A stretch of DNA of 63,869 nucleotides, filler included, from Atractiella rhizophila (taxonomy: Eukaryota), in the NCBI GenBank assembly GCA_021432655.1. It is 4 parts of 4 records of this genome, joined end to end, with 100 filler letters (N's around TTAATTAATTAA, not from the genome) between each part and the next. Parts side by side here need not be neighbours in the genome. Positions count along the whole stretch, not along the records: positions 1 to 26,048 come from MU271338.1; 3 more parts are not named here. One strand, given 5' to 3'. Each line of letters opens with the position of its first letter. Within the stretch, counting starts at the first letter, position 1. The notes under the pieces were generated by a model. It saw only the letters and a program-made list of their open reading frames with translations. It did no database searches and was not told where the DNA came from. The position numbers were made by a program, and so were the translations under genes. This document shows, piece after piece, positions 12,005 through 24,800 of this stretch.

Positions 12005-13553
12005 ATGATATCTTCAAACAACATTCTTTTCGCCATCCTCGGCGCTGCTATCTCTGCAAATGCTCAGGGAATCGTCGATAACCGAAGAGTAGCAGGCACC
12101 TTATTCGTTCGTCTTTTCTTTTCGGCTGGTATTCCATCTCCTGTACTGACATGATGAAAAGGATCAAGCTGTGCCTTTTGATGGCAACTACAAACTCACC
12201 AATGTTGGAACCGGCAAAACCCTCGTTTGTTGCTTTCTTCCACGTCATCTCTCTGAGATCGTAACCAAGTGGGGATTGTGCAGGTTTACACGCACACGGA
12301 CCAACCAAACATGTACCCTGGTGTGTTATCTTCTTTCATATATTAAAGAGATTTTTCTCAAAATTCAACGGTGATCTCGCAGACGATGACAGTCCATCCA
12401 CCATTTTGTCCAAGATGTCCTCTTCCGTCGACCAGCCGAGGGCGGATGATGTCTTTGAGCTTCTCTCCAACCCCAACAATGATGGATCCACGAGAATCAG
12501 GAATGCTGATTCTAACAAGGCATGTCGCTATTTTTTTTGCTCACGATGGAGATTATCTAAATTACACTTTTCATGCAAGGCTCTCGCGTCGCAGTGGGAC
12601 TATGACAGTGGAACCGATAAGTTCGGTGTTGCCTACGTTTGCCAGGCAAATTCACCCTTCTATTCCATCCTTCCATTTACTCAAGTTTGATTAGGTTGGC
12701 CCCGGCTGCCAAGACGAGCATGGGCTCGGTATGATTTCAATTCTCTCTTTTCAAGCCAAACATTGGATTAATTGGTTGGACTGCAGAGCCCGACAAGCAG
12801 TGGTGGCTCTTCGTCCCTGTCGGAGAGTCAGGATCCGACTCCGACTCGTCTGAGAGAAAGGCCTCAATCAAGAGCAACGCTAAAGTCGTTAAAGAGGCGG
12901 ACGATTCCGATTCTAAGGACGATGGGAGCTCCGATGACAACAGCTCCGATGATGGTTCCTCGTCTGGTGGCAAGTGTGACAAGGTGCTCCGTATCTCCTT
13001 GTTATTCGATCCAAGCTGACTTCGGAGGGACGCAGAACCCTGACTGGATCTTCCGCCATGGCACGAAGGAGTTCTACCGCAAACACCCAGAATGCAAAGG
13101 GCTGGCGAAAGAGCCTTCTTGCCGTCACCCTGCTTCGTTCCTCAAGGCTCATCCTGAATATTTGGACGACCACCCCGAGTGCAGGAACGTCGTCAAATCA
13201 AGGCTCGCGCATAAAGTCAGGAGGTCCCACGCTGGAATGAATGCCAATGTCAACCTTATGCAGAAGAGGGGTCAACAAGCCTACGCTATCATTGTCGTTG
13301 ATCACATGTGCGTTATTCTTATTAATCTACCTCGAAAAAGCATGAGATACTGATGGGAGAACTGGTGGAATAGCCTGAACATGACCACAAGGGCCATCTC
13401 TGGAAATGAGATTGCTGCATTCGCTGATGCTCGCTCTACCCTTATGGTGGACTATGACCCCACTGACAAGGAGCAATGGTGGACGTACGTTACTCTGTCG
13501 CATCCTACGTTCCTCTATGCTAATCATTGTCTGCTAGCGTCACCGAAGCTTAA
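12005..13553 (+). CDS. Secreted protein with ricin-B/beta-trefoil-like segments; many short introns
   Basis: Signal peptide MISSNNILFAILGAAISANAQG; GNYKLTNVGTGKTL; QxW-type motifs (SQWD, KQWW, EQWW); GT-AG micro-introns; TATA (tatataga) near 11900; spliced stop TAA at 13551. Confidence 0.65.
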
Positions 13554-14148
13554 TTCGCCCACTTACATCTAATTCTGCGTCGACAGTATACCCTGCTGGT
13601 CTCCATATTTCGCTTTCTCCCGTCTGATTCGTCGAGGCACTTTGCACTTCGATGACATGAGTTTGAAACTATTTTGCAAGAATGTAGTTAGCATCACCTG
13701 CGTCCGTCCTCAGGGCCATTTGCAGCTGGCAAAAGAAGTACGCCTGCATCCACATTAGCTGCATTCACACAGTTAGAGTGACCGGTGAACAAACGAATCA
13801 GTCTTATGAAGCGACCCCTATTGTGGAGCCCTAACCATTTCGTAGTCCTTTGCCGAAATATGATGGATGCGGTAATGGGATACAATCATCAATCCAACGG
13901 ATCGGGTGGATGTTCATTAAGTCAGTGCTGCTAGATTAGGGATTACATGTGGATAACAGAGGCTAAGGCAACTTGAACAGGCACGATCAATCTCGATAAC
14001 GAGTTGGACACGGATACAAACACGGAATGCAACTACTCTGTTTAGGAACACGCCTAGAGGAGGAAGAGGTACACAGAGACAGGTAATCCATCGAGGGAAA
14101 GAACACTGTAATATGAAAAGTGGACTTGAGCAATGGAAACTCAACGTA

Positions 14149-16561
14149 TCAACATCTCAGCTGCTTCTTCTCCTTGAGCGACAATAACGCGGAATACTCC
14201 TCCTTCAATTTTTTGTTCTGCAGCTTCAGGTTATGTACTTCATACTGCCAGCTCGTGCTACCTCGCACTTCCAACTCCGCGAAGACGTCCGCGTCAGTGG
14301 CGCTGGAAAGAGCTTCTGTGTTGACAAAAGGGGGATAGTGTGGCGATGTGTGATGGGTGAAGGAGGAAGCAGGAGCTGAAGGGAGGGAGAAGACGTGATT
14401 CGAAGGGGCGGAGGCTGCCGCAGGATCGGATGGGTCGAATTCTGCAATATTGCAAAAAATGGTCCTCATCCCGTTCACCTCCCCTTCTGCTTCTGCCCCT
14501 CTTCCATTGGGAAACATGACTGAACGGACGTGAATGTCGAATCCCATCCCGGTCCTCAGGGTATGATGGACGCTTTGGACCGCCCCCAGTTTTAGTGTCC
14601 TCTCGATAGCAGAAAGAATTTCTTTATGACGCCGTGTGTCCAGTTCAGGTAAACATAGTCCGACGAATTTTTCTGCACTAGATCCAAGGAGACGTTCTGC
14701 TGCTGCAGTAGTGTATAGCACGATTCCGGTGGAAGACAATTTAACCCAGAAATCCCGGTTGTCTCTGGTAGTGGAAATTGACGAGTTGGAGCGAATGAGA
14801 GGCCAGGGCAGAGAATCCAGAGGTTTGATTCGTCCCACTAGGACAACGCACTAAAGCTCTCCTCAGTTTAAGTTGGAATTAAAACGGGTGAAGACGAACC
14901 TTCCTCCCTTTAGACTGTTCAACATCCAGCCTCCCTCTCGCCTCCATCCAAATGTACCCACTGGTCCTCTTCCTTACTCGGTACAGCAGCCTCACAGTTC
15001 CCGTATTCGTTATGTCCTTGATATCTCTCATAACTCCAACGACATCGGCTACAGCGCTCGATCAGTGCAATACTCTTTCAGACAAACAGGGAGGAAAGTC
15101 AAACCTGGATGGACATAATCTGCCCAATTCCGAGATATGAGGGAAGCCGCCTCGTATTCCACTGTAATGAACTTATCAGATTCGTTCTAATACATAAATT
15201 GAAGGACGACGAACGAAACTGCTCCGTGTTCGGGGAAACATAAAGCACCGTCCCTTTGAGCGAGAGAACATGAATGAAGTCGTCGCACTATCGCATCTGT
15301 AAGCCGCGCATTCTTTTCACGTATCAGTAGCAATCGACGCACGCAATCCAGCATCCACTCGTTCCACGCCCCTCTCTCGCTTTCATCCACTTCGATCCCT
15401 CCAGTCCCCGTTGACTCAACCGCCTGCACCGCGGAGGCCAGCATGGATTCAATATTTGAATCTTCTAGGATGGAGCGCTTCCGCTTCTTCCCACCGTTCC
15501 AGCCCATTCCTGTGGCTGCCACCCCAGAACCGATAGAAGTGAATGTATTCGACGGAGAGTCGTCTGACACTTCGTGTTCGCCGGAAGGGTGTGGTGGGAC
15601 ATTTGGGAGAAAGTCGTGTGACTGAGTTTGGGGATTGGTCTGTGACATTGCGAGCGAAACATCATAATTGAAGGTTTCAGCTTCTTCTTCTACCCACTGC
15701 GCTGCGTGTACCTCTGTTCCAAAACTCACTGTCGTCTGCTGGGCTAGAGTAGGAAACTGAGGAATGGTGGACTGTGTGACGGCATAATTGACGATGTACT
15801 ACTTTCCTTAGCAGTCATGCGCATTTAAGTGTAGGGAGGAAACTTACTGTCCCGTCCCTCATTCTTTCGACAATGCTAAACGGCTGCTCCACCAAATCAA
15901 CCTGCAATCCCACGAAATATGCAATCTCATCCGACTCCCACGATATTGGTATAATAGTCACCTGTCCAATGATACCATCAATCTCTCCTTAGAGAACAGA
16001 GCCATGACGGACAAGATTGATGAACGCTCTCCCATCCTTTTTGTAGTTCACAATAGAGGCCTGACACTCCCTTCCAGCCTTGATGAACTCCCTCAAATGA
16101 TTCACGGCTCCTTCATGGGTCCACTTTCCCCTTTCATCTCTGATACCTCCTTCTCCCATTCCCCCAGCAGAAGGCGTAATACCAGCATGAGGGACCTGTA
16201 AGAACCTACAATTCCTGCCCAGTATCTCTCCCCTCTCATACCCAGTCAACCTCTCGAACGTCTCGCTGCAATAAACGATAGGCATGTCCCACTGACGCGC
16301 ATCAACGACGGTGAAAGCGCACGACATGTCTATCGGCCCTAGGTTGATGACGGGATCCGGACGTGAAGCGACGCGGGCGAGGATGGAGAGGAGGTCGAAG
16401 CCTGAGGTAGAATAGAGGCCGGGGATATTCTCAGGTGGCGGGAGAGGGAGAGGAAAGGATGCGGCTAGAGCAGAGGTGGTTTCAGACGGCAAGCTGGGAG
16501 GAAGAAGAAAGATGGGATCAGTACGCAGGATCGGGAGTGGCAACATGGTCGTTGCAGCCAC
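14149..16561 (-). CDS. wc-1: White Collar-1 blue-light photoreceptor (LOV + two PAS domains, no GATA finger)
   Basis: GLYSTSGFDLLSILARVASRPDPVINLGPIDMSCAF..GRNCRFLQ (LOV photoactive Cys), NYKKDG.AFINL|VTIIPI..YFVGLQVD, PAS-B and PAS-C exons, C-terminal TSWQYEVHNLKLQNKKL coiled coil. Splice acceptor at 16562, so the start is either ATG 16546 or an upstream exon. Confidence 0.93.
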
Positions 16562-17189
16562 CTGAGGGGAAAAGGAGGCAAAAGATGGGAAGACACTCTA
16601 GAAAAAGCGACAACTTATGACGTCAGCAGATCCATCTTATGGCAGCATAGGACCACAAGCCACCAGGTTGTACTGAGAGCAACGAGTTTACACAGACTGT
16701 ACGCCTGATTTAGATCGAAGCACTCGTTCGATCAAAAACAAACCGGCACACAAGGAGTTATTCAATGCGACCATGAAAAATGCTTCCTTGAGATTGACCG
16801 AATTCATTTTATTCTTTTCTTCCTTTGCCACTTCTCAAAACGTACAAAATTCAATGTGTACTCTGTGAGAACTTTGAGTTGCTAAAGCACCGCATCTGAC
16901 ACAAGGAAGTCGAGGTACTGAATCTACACCATGCACACAAAGAGAACGATATTGTCAGCAGCATTTAATGTGGATGTAACTTTTACATATAATACATCCT
17001 CCTTTGCTACTTTTTCTTGTCTGCTATCCTGTCTTAGGGAGGCGAGGAGCCGACCAGTGACCCATCTCAAGCCCATCTGGAAGAATTAGAGCCAGCCCAA
17101 ACCGATCAGAAACGACGAAGGGGACCGTTGACTGTCTTCTTTCTTCCTCAATTTACACCTCAGGAGACGTCCCATAGCCGACAGCGCAT

Positions 17190-17770
17190 CGATCCGATCA
17201 GGGTAATTTTACAGTTGTGGAAGATTTCACTTCCTCCCACACAATAATTCGGCTTGCCAGTGGAAGATGCTCCACTTGGCCCATTGACGAAGGGTCGACA
17301 GCCAGGCGTTACAGATGTCAAAACTTCAGAAACACAAAAAAAGGAAGATCAGCTGAGTGAAATTAGAGAAGAAGAGAGAGGAGGCGGAGGGATTGACGTA
17401 ATGTTCCTCCTGTTCCACACTACTGCCATAGTAATTCCAAACAGAGGTCTTCTCTCGAAATTCAAAGGGAGGAAGGAGGAAGGACAGAACGAGGTTCGGA
17501 GAGTGATGCGCACCTCCATCTGATTCCCCCTCTGGCCCCTACAACGCTACATCCATAGGGAGCAAAGACTGCAGGCACTTCCTTTTCCCACAAGCCATCA
17601 GTCCCTTCCATGCTCCTTATTCTCACACCGACCCCGGAACCTGAGAGATGGCCAGAGTCTGAAGGAGGCACAGGAAGAGGTGGATACGAATGACCTGTGA
17701 GGGAGAGCGAGGGTGGGATGGCGAAGGGAACTGGATTGGCGTGTTGGTGCTGGTGATAACCCGAAGACAT
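17190..17770 (-). CDS. Possible upstream exons of wc-1 or a small separate/upstream ORF
   Basis: ORF MSSGYHQHQHANPVPFAIPP.. ends at a GTGCGC donor (17513) followed by pyrimidine tracts; the simplest splicing stops near 17228. Confidence 0.35.
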
Positions 17771-18388
17771 AGGGTCATAGATACAGTCAAGTTGTTGCTT
17801 AACGTTGAGGTCCTGAAATTGGAGTAGAGGGACCCAAGAAAAATAGCGCGAAAAAGTGAGAAAAGGGAGAAAGCGAAGGTGGTCGTTTTTTGGGATTCAT
17901 ATTACGTGGTTCCCGCTTGCAAATAAAGTTCATTTGGTCTTATCAGTGTACGTTCATCTGCATCCGTCCGTCCAATCCAACCACCATCAAGCAAAGTAGA
18001 AAGAACACAGGACAGGTATTCAACTACCCTAGGTGAGCTTCCCGTCTACCCGATCTCATGGAGAAACCCAGCTTCACTTCTGCCTATTTCCCCACCAGAA
18101 ACCGGGATCCAATGCCTGGCCTTGGGTCTCGTGTTAACTGTGACTCCTTTTCATTATGACTGTCTTATAGATAGACAATAAAAGAGTGTGCGGTATGGAT
18201 ACAATGAATCGACCGCACCGTAATCTGTCGGATCCTCACTGGTACGCTTGAATATGTGCACAGCTCACTCCTTGTTTCCTTACATTTCTCAAAAGCTTCG
18301 ACGAACAGCCGCTGATCTCTCTCATCCACAGGCGAAACGACTGATAGTATACCTCCCGAGTGCCTACTGAAGAAGAAAGAAAGAACCC

Positions 18389-19245
18389 ATGGCCTCACTC
18401 TCCACCCGTCGACTGACCAAGGAACTGAACGAGCTTCAGTCGTCAGCGCCAGAAGGCATACGGTTGTTGACCTCCGAAACATTGGCAGAGTGGACGGTGG
18501 AAGTGAAGGTCTTAGGCGAGACTGTGTATCGAGGAGGTGGGTCTTTCATCTAGACAACTTGAAGGACAGGCAGTGATCCTTCTCTCTTGCGTGCGTCTTG
18601 TGAGGTAGAGACTTTTGCTCTCAAATTCAAATTTTCACCGGTCAGTTCTTCCCATTCTCTCTCACGCGAACACGCTCTCATTCAATCGATCGTAGTGCGT
18701 TTCCTTCAGGGTTGTGTGTTGCTGGCATCTGTGTTGATGGGAAGGATTAAGACAATACCCAATCGATTCTCCACAAGTTACCTTTCTCACCACTCCGCCA
18801 TACAAGCCTCCTGTCGTCCGTCTCCTCGTTTCCGTCCGTAGTCAGATCGTATTAACGAGGGATATGGATGGATGTAGCACCCACACGTATATACGAACGG
18901 TCACATCTGCGCGAGCATATTAGGGACAGGTTGGTCGCCGGTCCTAAACACCGTCCGTTTTCCCCCAAAATCATGTCTCTTCGACCAACAAAGAGATGGA
19001 TTGGACGTCTAGATCTCGATTTGTCTTAGTTTACAGAGCATGTTGGCGAGCTGTACGAAGCAGGAATTGCCGCCGGATAACGATCGGTTCGTCCCACATA
19101 TCCTCCAGTTCCGTTCCTGGAGTATATTCGCTCCTCAAAGCTCTTCTGATGGATGGAACTTTGGATTGTGGAGAATAGATACGTGAGATACGCGCCAGAG
19201 AATCCGAAGGAAACGAGGTTCGTTTATCACGACGATACCGTCTGA
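18389..19245 (+). CDS. UBE2W: Ubiquitin-conjugating enzyme E2 W
   Basis: Spliced: MASLSTRRLTKELNEL..ETFALKFKF..YPIDSPQVTF..HPHVYTNGHICASILGTGWSPVL..SLQSMLASC..LPPDNDRYV..PKETRFVYHDDTV*. The C-terminal FxYHDD is typical of UBE2W. Confidence 0.92.
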
Positions 19246-19591
19246 TCGACCAGATTCAGTTCTACGCCTGCTCATATTGTTGTGACATCCATTTCTTCTG
19301 TAATCTCTGCAGGTACCATTTCAAATACATCATTGTCTCCTGGAGTGCTGTAATGAGTGGTCTTAAGTGAGAAATATGTGTTGTAGATGCGAGTAGAAGG
19401 GATCGGTGACACGGAGAATGTTGGGTTACTGTCATCTTTTTAGTTTAGAAGAGTGGAATGACTGCATGATTTGGAACTTTGTGCTTCGTATCCTCAATTC
19501 TGCCGACTTAAGTGTTGTTCACATAAGATTCACAGTAAGAATTCATTATACAAGCAGGGTACAAGCCTAAAAAAAGCCACTGTCGAGCAAC

Positions 19592-19695
19592 AAAAAGAGA
19601 CCTACGGGCGCAACTCGGACCCAGGACTCGTTGGGGCCCTCGAGGACTGGTGAACGGCTACCCTGATAACGTCTCTACCACTACACCAAGAACGC
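19592..19695 (-). ncRNA. tRNA-derived Pol III small RNA, copy 1 (not a canonical tRNA)
   Basis: A box TGGTGTAGTGG, B-box-like GGTCCGAGT, GTCTCTTTTT terminator, TATA about 40 nt upstream; homologous to 24065-24162. Confidence 0.65.
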
Positions 19696-21750
19696 ATAAA
19701 CGGCAATACCTATGCACTTGAAACCACGTACATATATCAAAGTTTCCTCTTGTTTACATCTATTTATTCTTGTTTGGACCGAGCATCATGTGGAGAATGT
19801 TAATGCTACGATGTCAACATGACGACCCTCCAGTGTGTACAAGTTAAAAGTTACTGTATTCTATTCGCAAACCAAACTCATCTCATGCTGTATACCAGCT
19901 ATCCGATAACATCCACAGATGAAGCTTTCATCCGCAGCATAACATGATGCTTCTTTGCAATGCATAAGTCAGCTCAACAGTCTTCTCACCTCAAATCCTC
20001 AGAGCTCGCGAGCTCGCTCTCATAATTCTCATACGGAGGAGTTGACTGTGATCCTCATGCTGAGTGCTGCTTGTTATGAAAACTTGAACGCAGCAGGAGT
20101 GCATTGACACCACGTGACTTCGGCCGCTCCCTTTTCCGGACATGCGGGTTCTTTCACTCACGCTCACACTGCATGCCTCCGACATCGACCACCGCTCCCT
20201 GCCAACTCGCTATCATACTATATATTCTATAATATCTTCTCATCTACTGGCCACATTCATGCCTGCAGACGAATGAGACCCACCCAAGGAAATGACTACC
20301 CAGACCCTTCTTACTCCGACCTCGTACACCTCCCAGTCTTCCTCACGGACGAAGCTTGTCAAGCCCTCCGCTTCTCCAGTGCCCGGTATATACCTTTTTG
20401 TCCGTTTGTGCGGTGGAAAAATAGCTGAGTATGTGTGGATGATCCAGTGGGATACACGGACTCCAAAGGAACCCTACACCACACCAAGTTGGGAGCAAAG
20501 CTTGGAACGCGGAGAGAGAGGAGGGAGAGGGAAGATGAACTCTCAAAGCCCGGGAATGTGAGAGGTGGAAGGAGGGATGTGGAGCTAGAAGGGATCGAAC
20601 ACGATCTTGAACGTATGTCCACCTTCCTTTCTGCCACCGAAGTATGGAGAGGTTTTGAGCGAAGGAAGATGTCTCTTTCAGCGGTTTACATTGCTGCTAC
20701 CTTCATCTTCCATCTTTCTTATCGAGGCGATTTCAGGCGGAGACTCAGTAGCTAAAATGCCGCTGCTTGCCAAATACAAACGTCGGATTTAGTGAACCGC
20801 CGGCGGAGAGCCAAGCCACTTCTCATCACACAATGTTTTCACTCCATATTTCTCCCTTTGGTTTTCGCATTCATTCACATTTCATTTCACAGTTAACTGC
20901 TTGCTAACGCCTCCGGGTGTTGACATTTGCTGCCCACAGTAGAGGGGCGTGTTAGAGCTGGAGCCAAGCGGCCGTTGCGTCACTGCTCGGTGGAAGCATT
21001 TGGAAGTGTGCCTCTAGATTCACTATGCGTAATACTCGTGCATAGATGCATATCGCGGGTTCTGGTGGAAGAACAATGTCTGCTTTATTCCTGTTCTTGC
21101 ATCTACCTCGAAAGTTGGTGGATGTGCTCGATGTGTTCTGTGCTGCGAGTCCGAACGCTTCACATATACGGTGCAAACGAGGCTCTATCGCATCATCTGG
21201 GCTTTGTGCTCTTAGTTACTGGATGTATTAAACTACTTACGACAAATTCTGTGCGGGAGGTGTGAACAACCTGTTACGCATCATAGAAACATTCATAATA
21301 CTCTTCAGCCTCTTCCAGAGTTGTGGATAGCAGACTTAAGTGTTTGATCCCTGCCGCAAGGTAGGATCAGGTCTGCCAGTGGCCAACAAACAAGAAGTGA
21401 TAGAGAGTGCAAGTGCGGCGTTCTAGCCTTAGTTAGGTATGCGCTGATTAGACGAGCGGAAACGTTTGACCGGAAAGCTTTATATGAGATGTCCCATTCC
21501 TTCACCAATAAAGCTAAAGTCGTATCATTGAGCGGATGTGAGTTCGCGAGCCATGAAGCTTCGTTGAACGGTTCATGAAACAGTGTAACCTAGCAAACGA
21601 TCCAGCTACAAAACATGATGATGGCAGCCAGGAGCCCCTTGAATGTGCGTGACGTGTTTCACTGCATGGTTTGTTATATGACAGAGTTGCGAAGGTTTCT
21701 ACATTTAGTACAGAGGAGAGCTCACATTCCAAGCCTCTCTCTTCTTATAC

Positions 21751-23433
21751 ATGAGCGTTCCTGATTACGCGGATGCTTTTGCGAAGAGCATTTGTTCACT
21801 ACACAGTTGCTGACCAAATTCACAGATACACAGTTTCGTGGAGCGACCCCAAATCTCCCACGACGCAACTCGAAACGAACCACATCCGACTCAGAATCTG
21901 TTGCATCTTCAGCCTCATCTTCCTCCTCTGGCGAAAGATTCCCGGCTGTAATGAACCACAGGAAGAATTCATACACTTCAACATTAGGGAATGGCAGCGG
22001 TTCCTTCAACTCGGCACCTCGGAGGGGCAGTCCGAAGTCGATTCGCGATCGTCAAGCGGAGAGGGAAGAAAGGGAACGATTACGAGAACAACGCCAGCGC
22101 GAGCGCCTGGAGCGAATGAGTGGACGACATTATGGTGGTAGTGGATACGAGTCAAAGAACCGCGTCGCATCGGACAATGCACCTCCCCTCTCACGTTACG
22201 CCTCCGGGGTGTCATCTTCCTCTACCACCTTCGGTGGAGGGCGGGGTCGACTTGCCTCCGAGACCATGAAGTCACCACTTTTATCCGGAGGAAATGGTGG
22301 AGGTTTCCAAGGAGGTCTGCTTCGAGCGGCCAGCATATCATCCTCATCTTATACCCCTCAGCTCGTTGTCCCCGTTGCACCAAGAACTGTAGGAAAGGAC
22401 CTACGCTTTGAGAAACTGGTCCCCACTGCCCCTTCCTATCGTCCGAAGAACGTCACAGATACAAGTGCTGGAAATCGGCTATGGGGTAAGCACACCTTGA
22501 CTAGTGCAATATGAATTGCTGAGCAAAGGGCAGGGAACACAAAAAGCGATGCTCGAAATGACCTACTACGTGTCGATCCCAATCGCGGAAATTCCGTGAA
22601 GTCGTCCCTCATGGAAGCTACTATTCGAAAAGAAAAGCGTCAATCGATCCTCAATCCCAATGCTCAACGGAAGACTTCCATATCCACCGGCGACGGAGAC
22701 AACCCCTCCCTTCCGTCAACCTCTTCGACGTCCCCGTCGAAACTGGACAAACGATCCGTATATGCCTCCTTGGGCGTCGGAAGCGTCTCTTCCGTACCGT
22801 CGCGAATGCATGTCGGTTCTCGAATCGATGATTCTGATGTCGAACGAGCTCAACGAGCCTCCATGGATCTCAGCCGGTTAGAGGAGACTGCGAAGGACGG
22901 GGGAAGGTGGCGTAGTCGTTCGTCTGCGATGGCAATTGGAGCGTATCGTGGTGATGACGGCCTTCTAAGCCGGGCTCCGCTAGAGGAGGAAGAGTACGAT
23001 AGGAGAGACTTCAACAACGACACCGCAGGGGGTTATGACGTTGGCCGCGACGACGACAGTGACGATTCTCTGCCGCCGCCGGTGCTCGAAAGCAACTTCC
23101 TTGGGAAGAAGGGAGAAACTGCTGTTAGTACACCGTCGAAGCAATCAGTGGACCTGTATGGCATTCCAGAAGAGGGTCATGACTTCGATCCGTCGGGTGG
23201 CGAGAAGGGTCATAGTCAAAGCACCAGAGGAGGTGGGAAGAAGCCAAAGACAAAGAGGAAGAAGAGTACCGATCCTGCCGGTATGATACGGAGCGCCACA
23301 GAAAATAACGAGCTCCGAGGGACTGGATCCCTCAGTGAGGGATTCAAGGACATGAATTACGGCTTGAGAAGAAGTCATTGTTTAACTATTTTACTGGTTA
23401 ACTGAGCTGACAAGTTGGAGCAGGTCTCGATAG
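21751..23433 (+). CDS. Hypothetical low-complexity (S/G/R-rich, charged) protein, multi-exon
   Basis: Long ORFs 21792-22514 and 22596-23405 are linked by an intron (GTAAGC at 22486 to CAG at ~22533). Start and end are uncertain. Confidence 0.6.
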
Positions 23434-24064
23434 CTTCAAGGTTGGTGCAAAGTTTGAAGTCTTTCGAGCAAAGAAGAAAATCGGCAGGGCCCTCCTTGGA
23501 TAACGCAACCGCTTCTGGCTTCCTGTGTACCATGCTCCATGATATTCTTACAATTCCCGACAATCTTCCTAGCTATTTAAATCTTGGTCGATCGAATTCA
23601 ACATGGATTGGTCTGTTGTTCAAATATAATCTCTCTAAGCTTCAAACTTGTCTATAGGATTGGATATTCCCCACTGTTTCTGAGATCAGTGCACTGATTT
23701 GGAATTGTATACAAAACCTTACAAGTCAAAAAGCGTTTCATCTCATTCTGCGTTCTCTCGCTTTTTCCTCAACTCCCATCCCCCTTCATTTAGTTTCGTT
23801 TCTCTCTTCATACTAGAGTACCATGTAACAGTGATACTATGGATTTCACTTCAATGCACTCTCCCAGGAACTTGCCTGCCCCGGCCCATAATGTTCAATT
23901 CTTCCTTTCAGAAACGGAATATCCTGAATGTTGACATTCGGCAAGGTGCAAAAAGGCGGCAGTTTTCGCAAGGAGTGCTTCAGATGGAACGCAACAAAGA
24001 GCAAAGCAGTTACAGGAAGTAACAAAGGAGATGGGACTTTGTTTGGTTGTAGTTGTCAGAGGTG

Positions 24065-24162
24065 AAAAAAGAGACGAGACGGTGCTCCGAACCCAGGACT
24101 CGTTGGGGCCCCCGAGGACTGGCGAACGGCTTCCGAGTCGTCTACCACTGAGCCAAGAACGC
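24065..24162 (-). ncRNA. tRNA-derived Pol III small RNA, copy 2
   Basis: A box TGGCTCAGTGG, B box GGTTCGGAGC, GTCTCTTTTTT terminator, TATATATA about 40 nt upstream. Confidence 0.68.
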
Positions 24163-24688
24163 AGAATGGTGCATCGTGTAAAATATACTGCAGAACCATC
24201 TATATATACCATAAAATTGGTTTATTTGTGTCTGTTTACAGTGGCTTAAAGATTGCCAAGTTAATCTTCCGAAGTCAACCATCGCCCAGGTGCTAAAAGC
24301 TTGTGGATAAATAGACTGTAGTAAATCCCTGATGAACAGAAGCTGTGTAAACGGAAAGAGCAGCCGGACTGGCCAAGGTGCGTTGTATATTCGTTATGCT
24401 AGGTACAGAGATTGGGAAATACATTTACTTGCTCTTTTGGTAGATGATGCTGTGGGTGGTTTTACTGCATAGTATGCAGAATTTTCTGCGCTGCCATCTA
24501 GTAATGGAAGAGCAATGCCCCATTGAATCAACCAGAACGACCCAAGCAGGATCCTAGAGACGCTCAGTTGTTCTCTCCATTCTATGTTGTGACATGAGGA
24601 AACTTGCCCTTCTACGTGTGTCGTTTGCATGTCGTTGGGGATCAAATGGACAACCCGTCCCCTGTAAAATCATTGAGAGCTCTCGCCA

Positions 24689-24800
24689 AAATGTAGCACC
24701 TTCGTTTGCACTTTCGAAATGTAGCACCTTCGTTTGCACTTTCGAAATGTAGCACCTTCGTTTGCACTTTCGAAATGTAGCACCTTCGTTTGCACTTTCG
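24689..24800. repeat. Perfect tandem repeat, 4 x 28 bp (AAATGTAGCACCTTCGTTTGCACTTTCG)
   Basis: Read directly from the sequence. Confidence 0.95.

Noticed and set aside
5961..16561. Functional cluster linking HypX-derived CO with the PAS protein WC-1
   Set aside because: Only proximity across two gaps and unrelated genes; WC-1 is a flavin light sensor with no heme evidence.
19592..19695. Canonical, intron-containing or selenocysteine tRNA
   Set aside because: No 3' strand complementary to GCGTTCT and no proper T stem in either copy.
20270..21295. Small micro-exon gene and a possible H/ACA RNA (hairpin followed by ACA at ~21289)
   Set aside because: No convincing H box, no snR30 motifs and no protein homology recognisable by eye.
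24689..24800. CRISPR-like array
   Set aside because: Direct tandem repeats without spacers in eukaryotic DNA; no cas genes.
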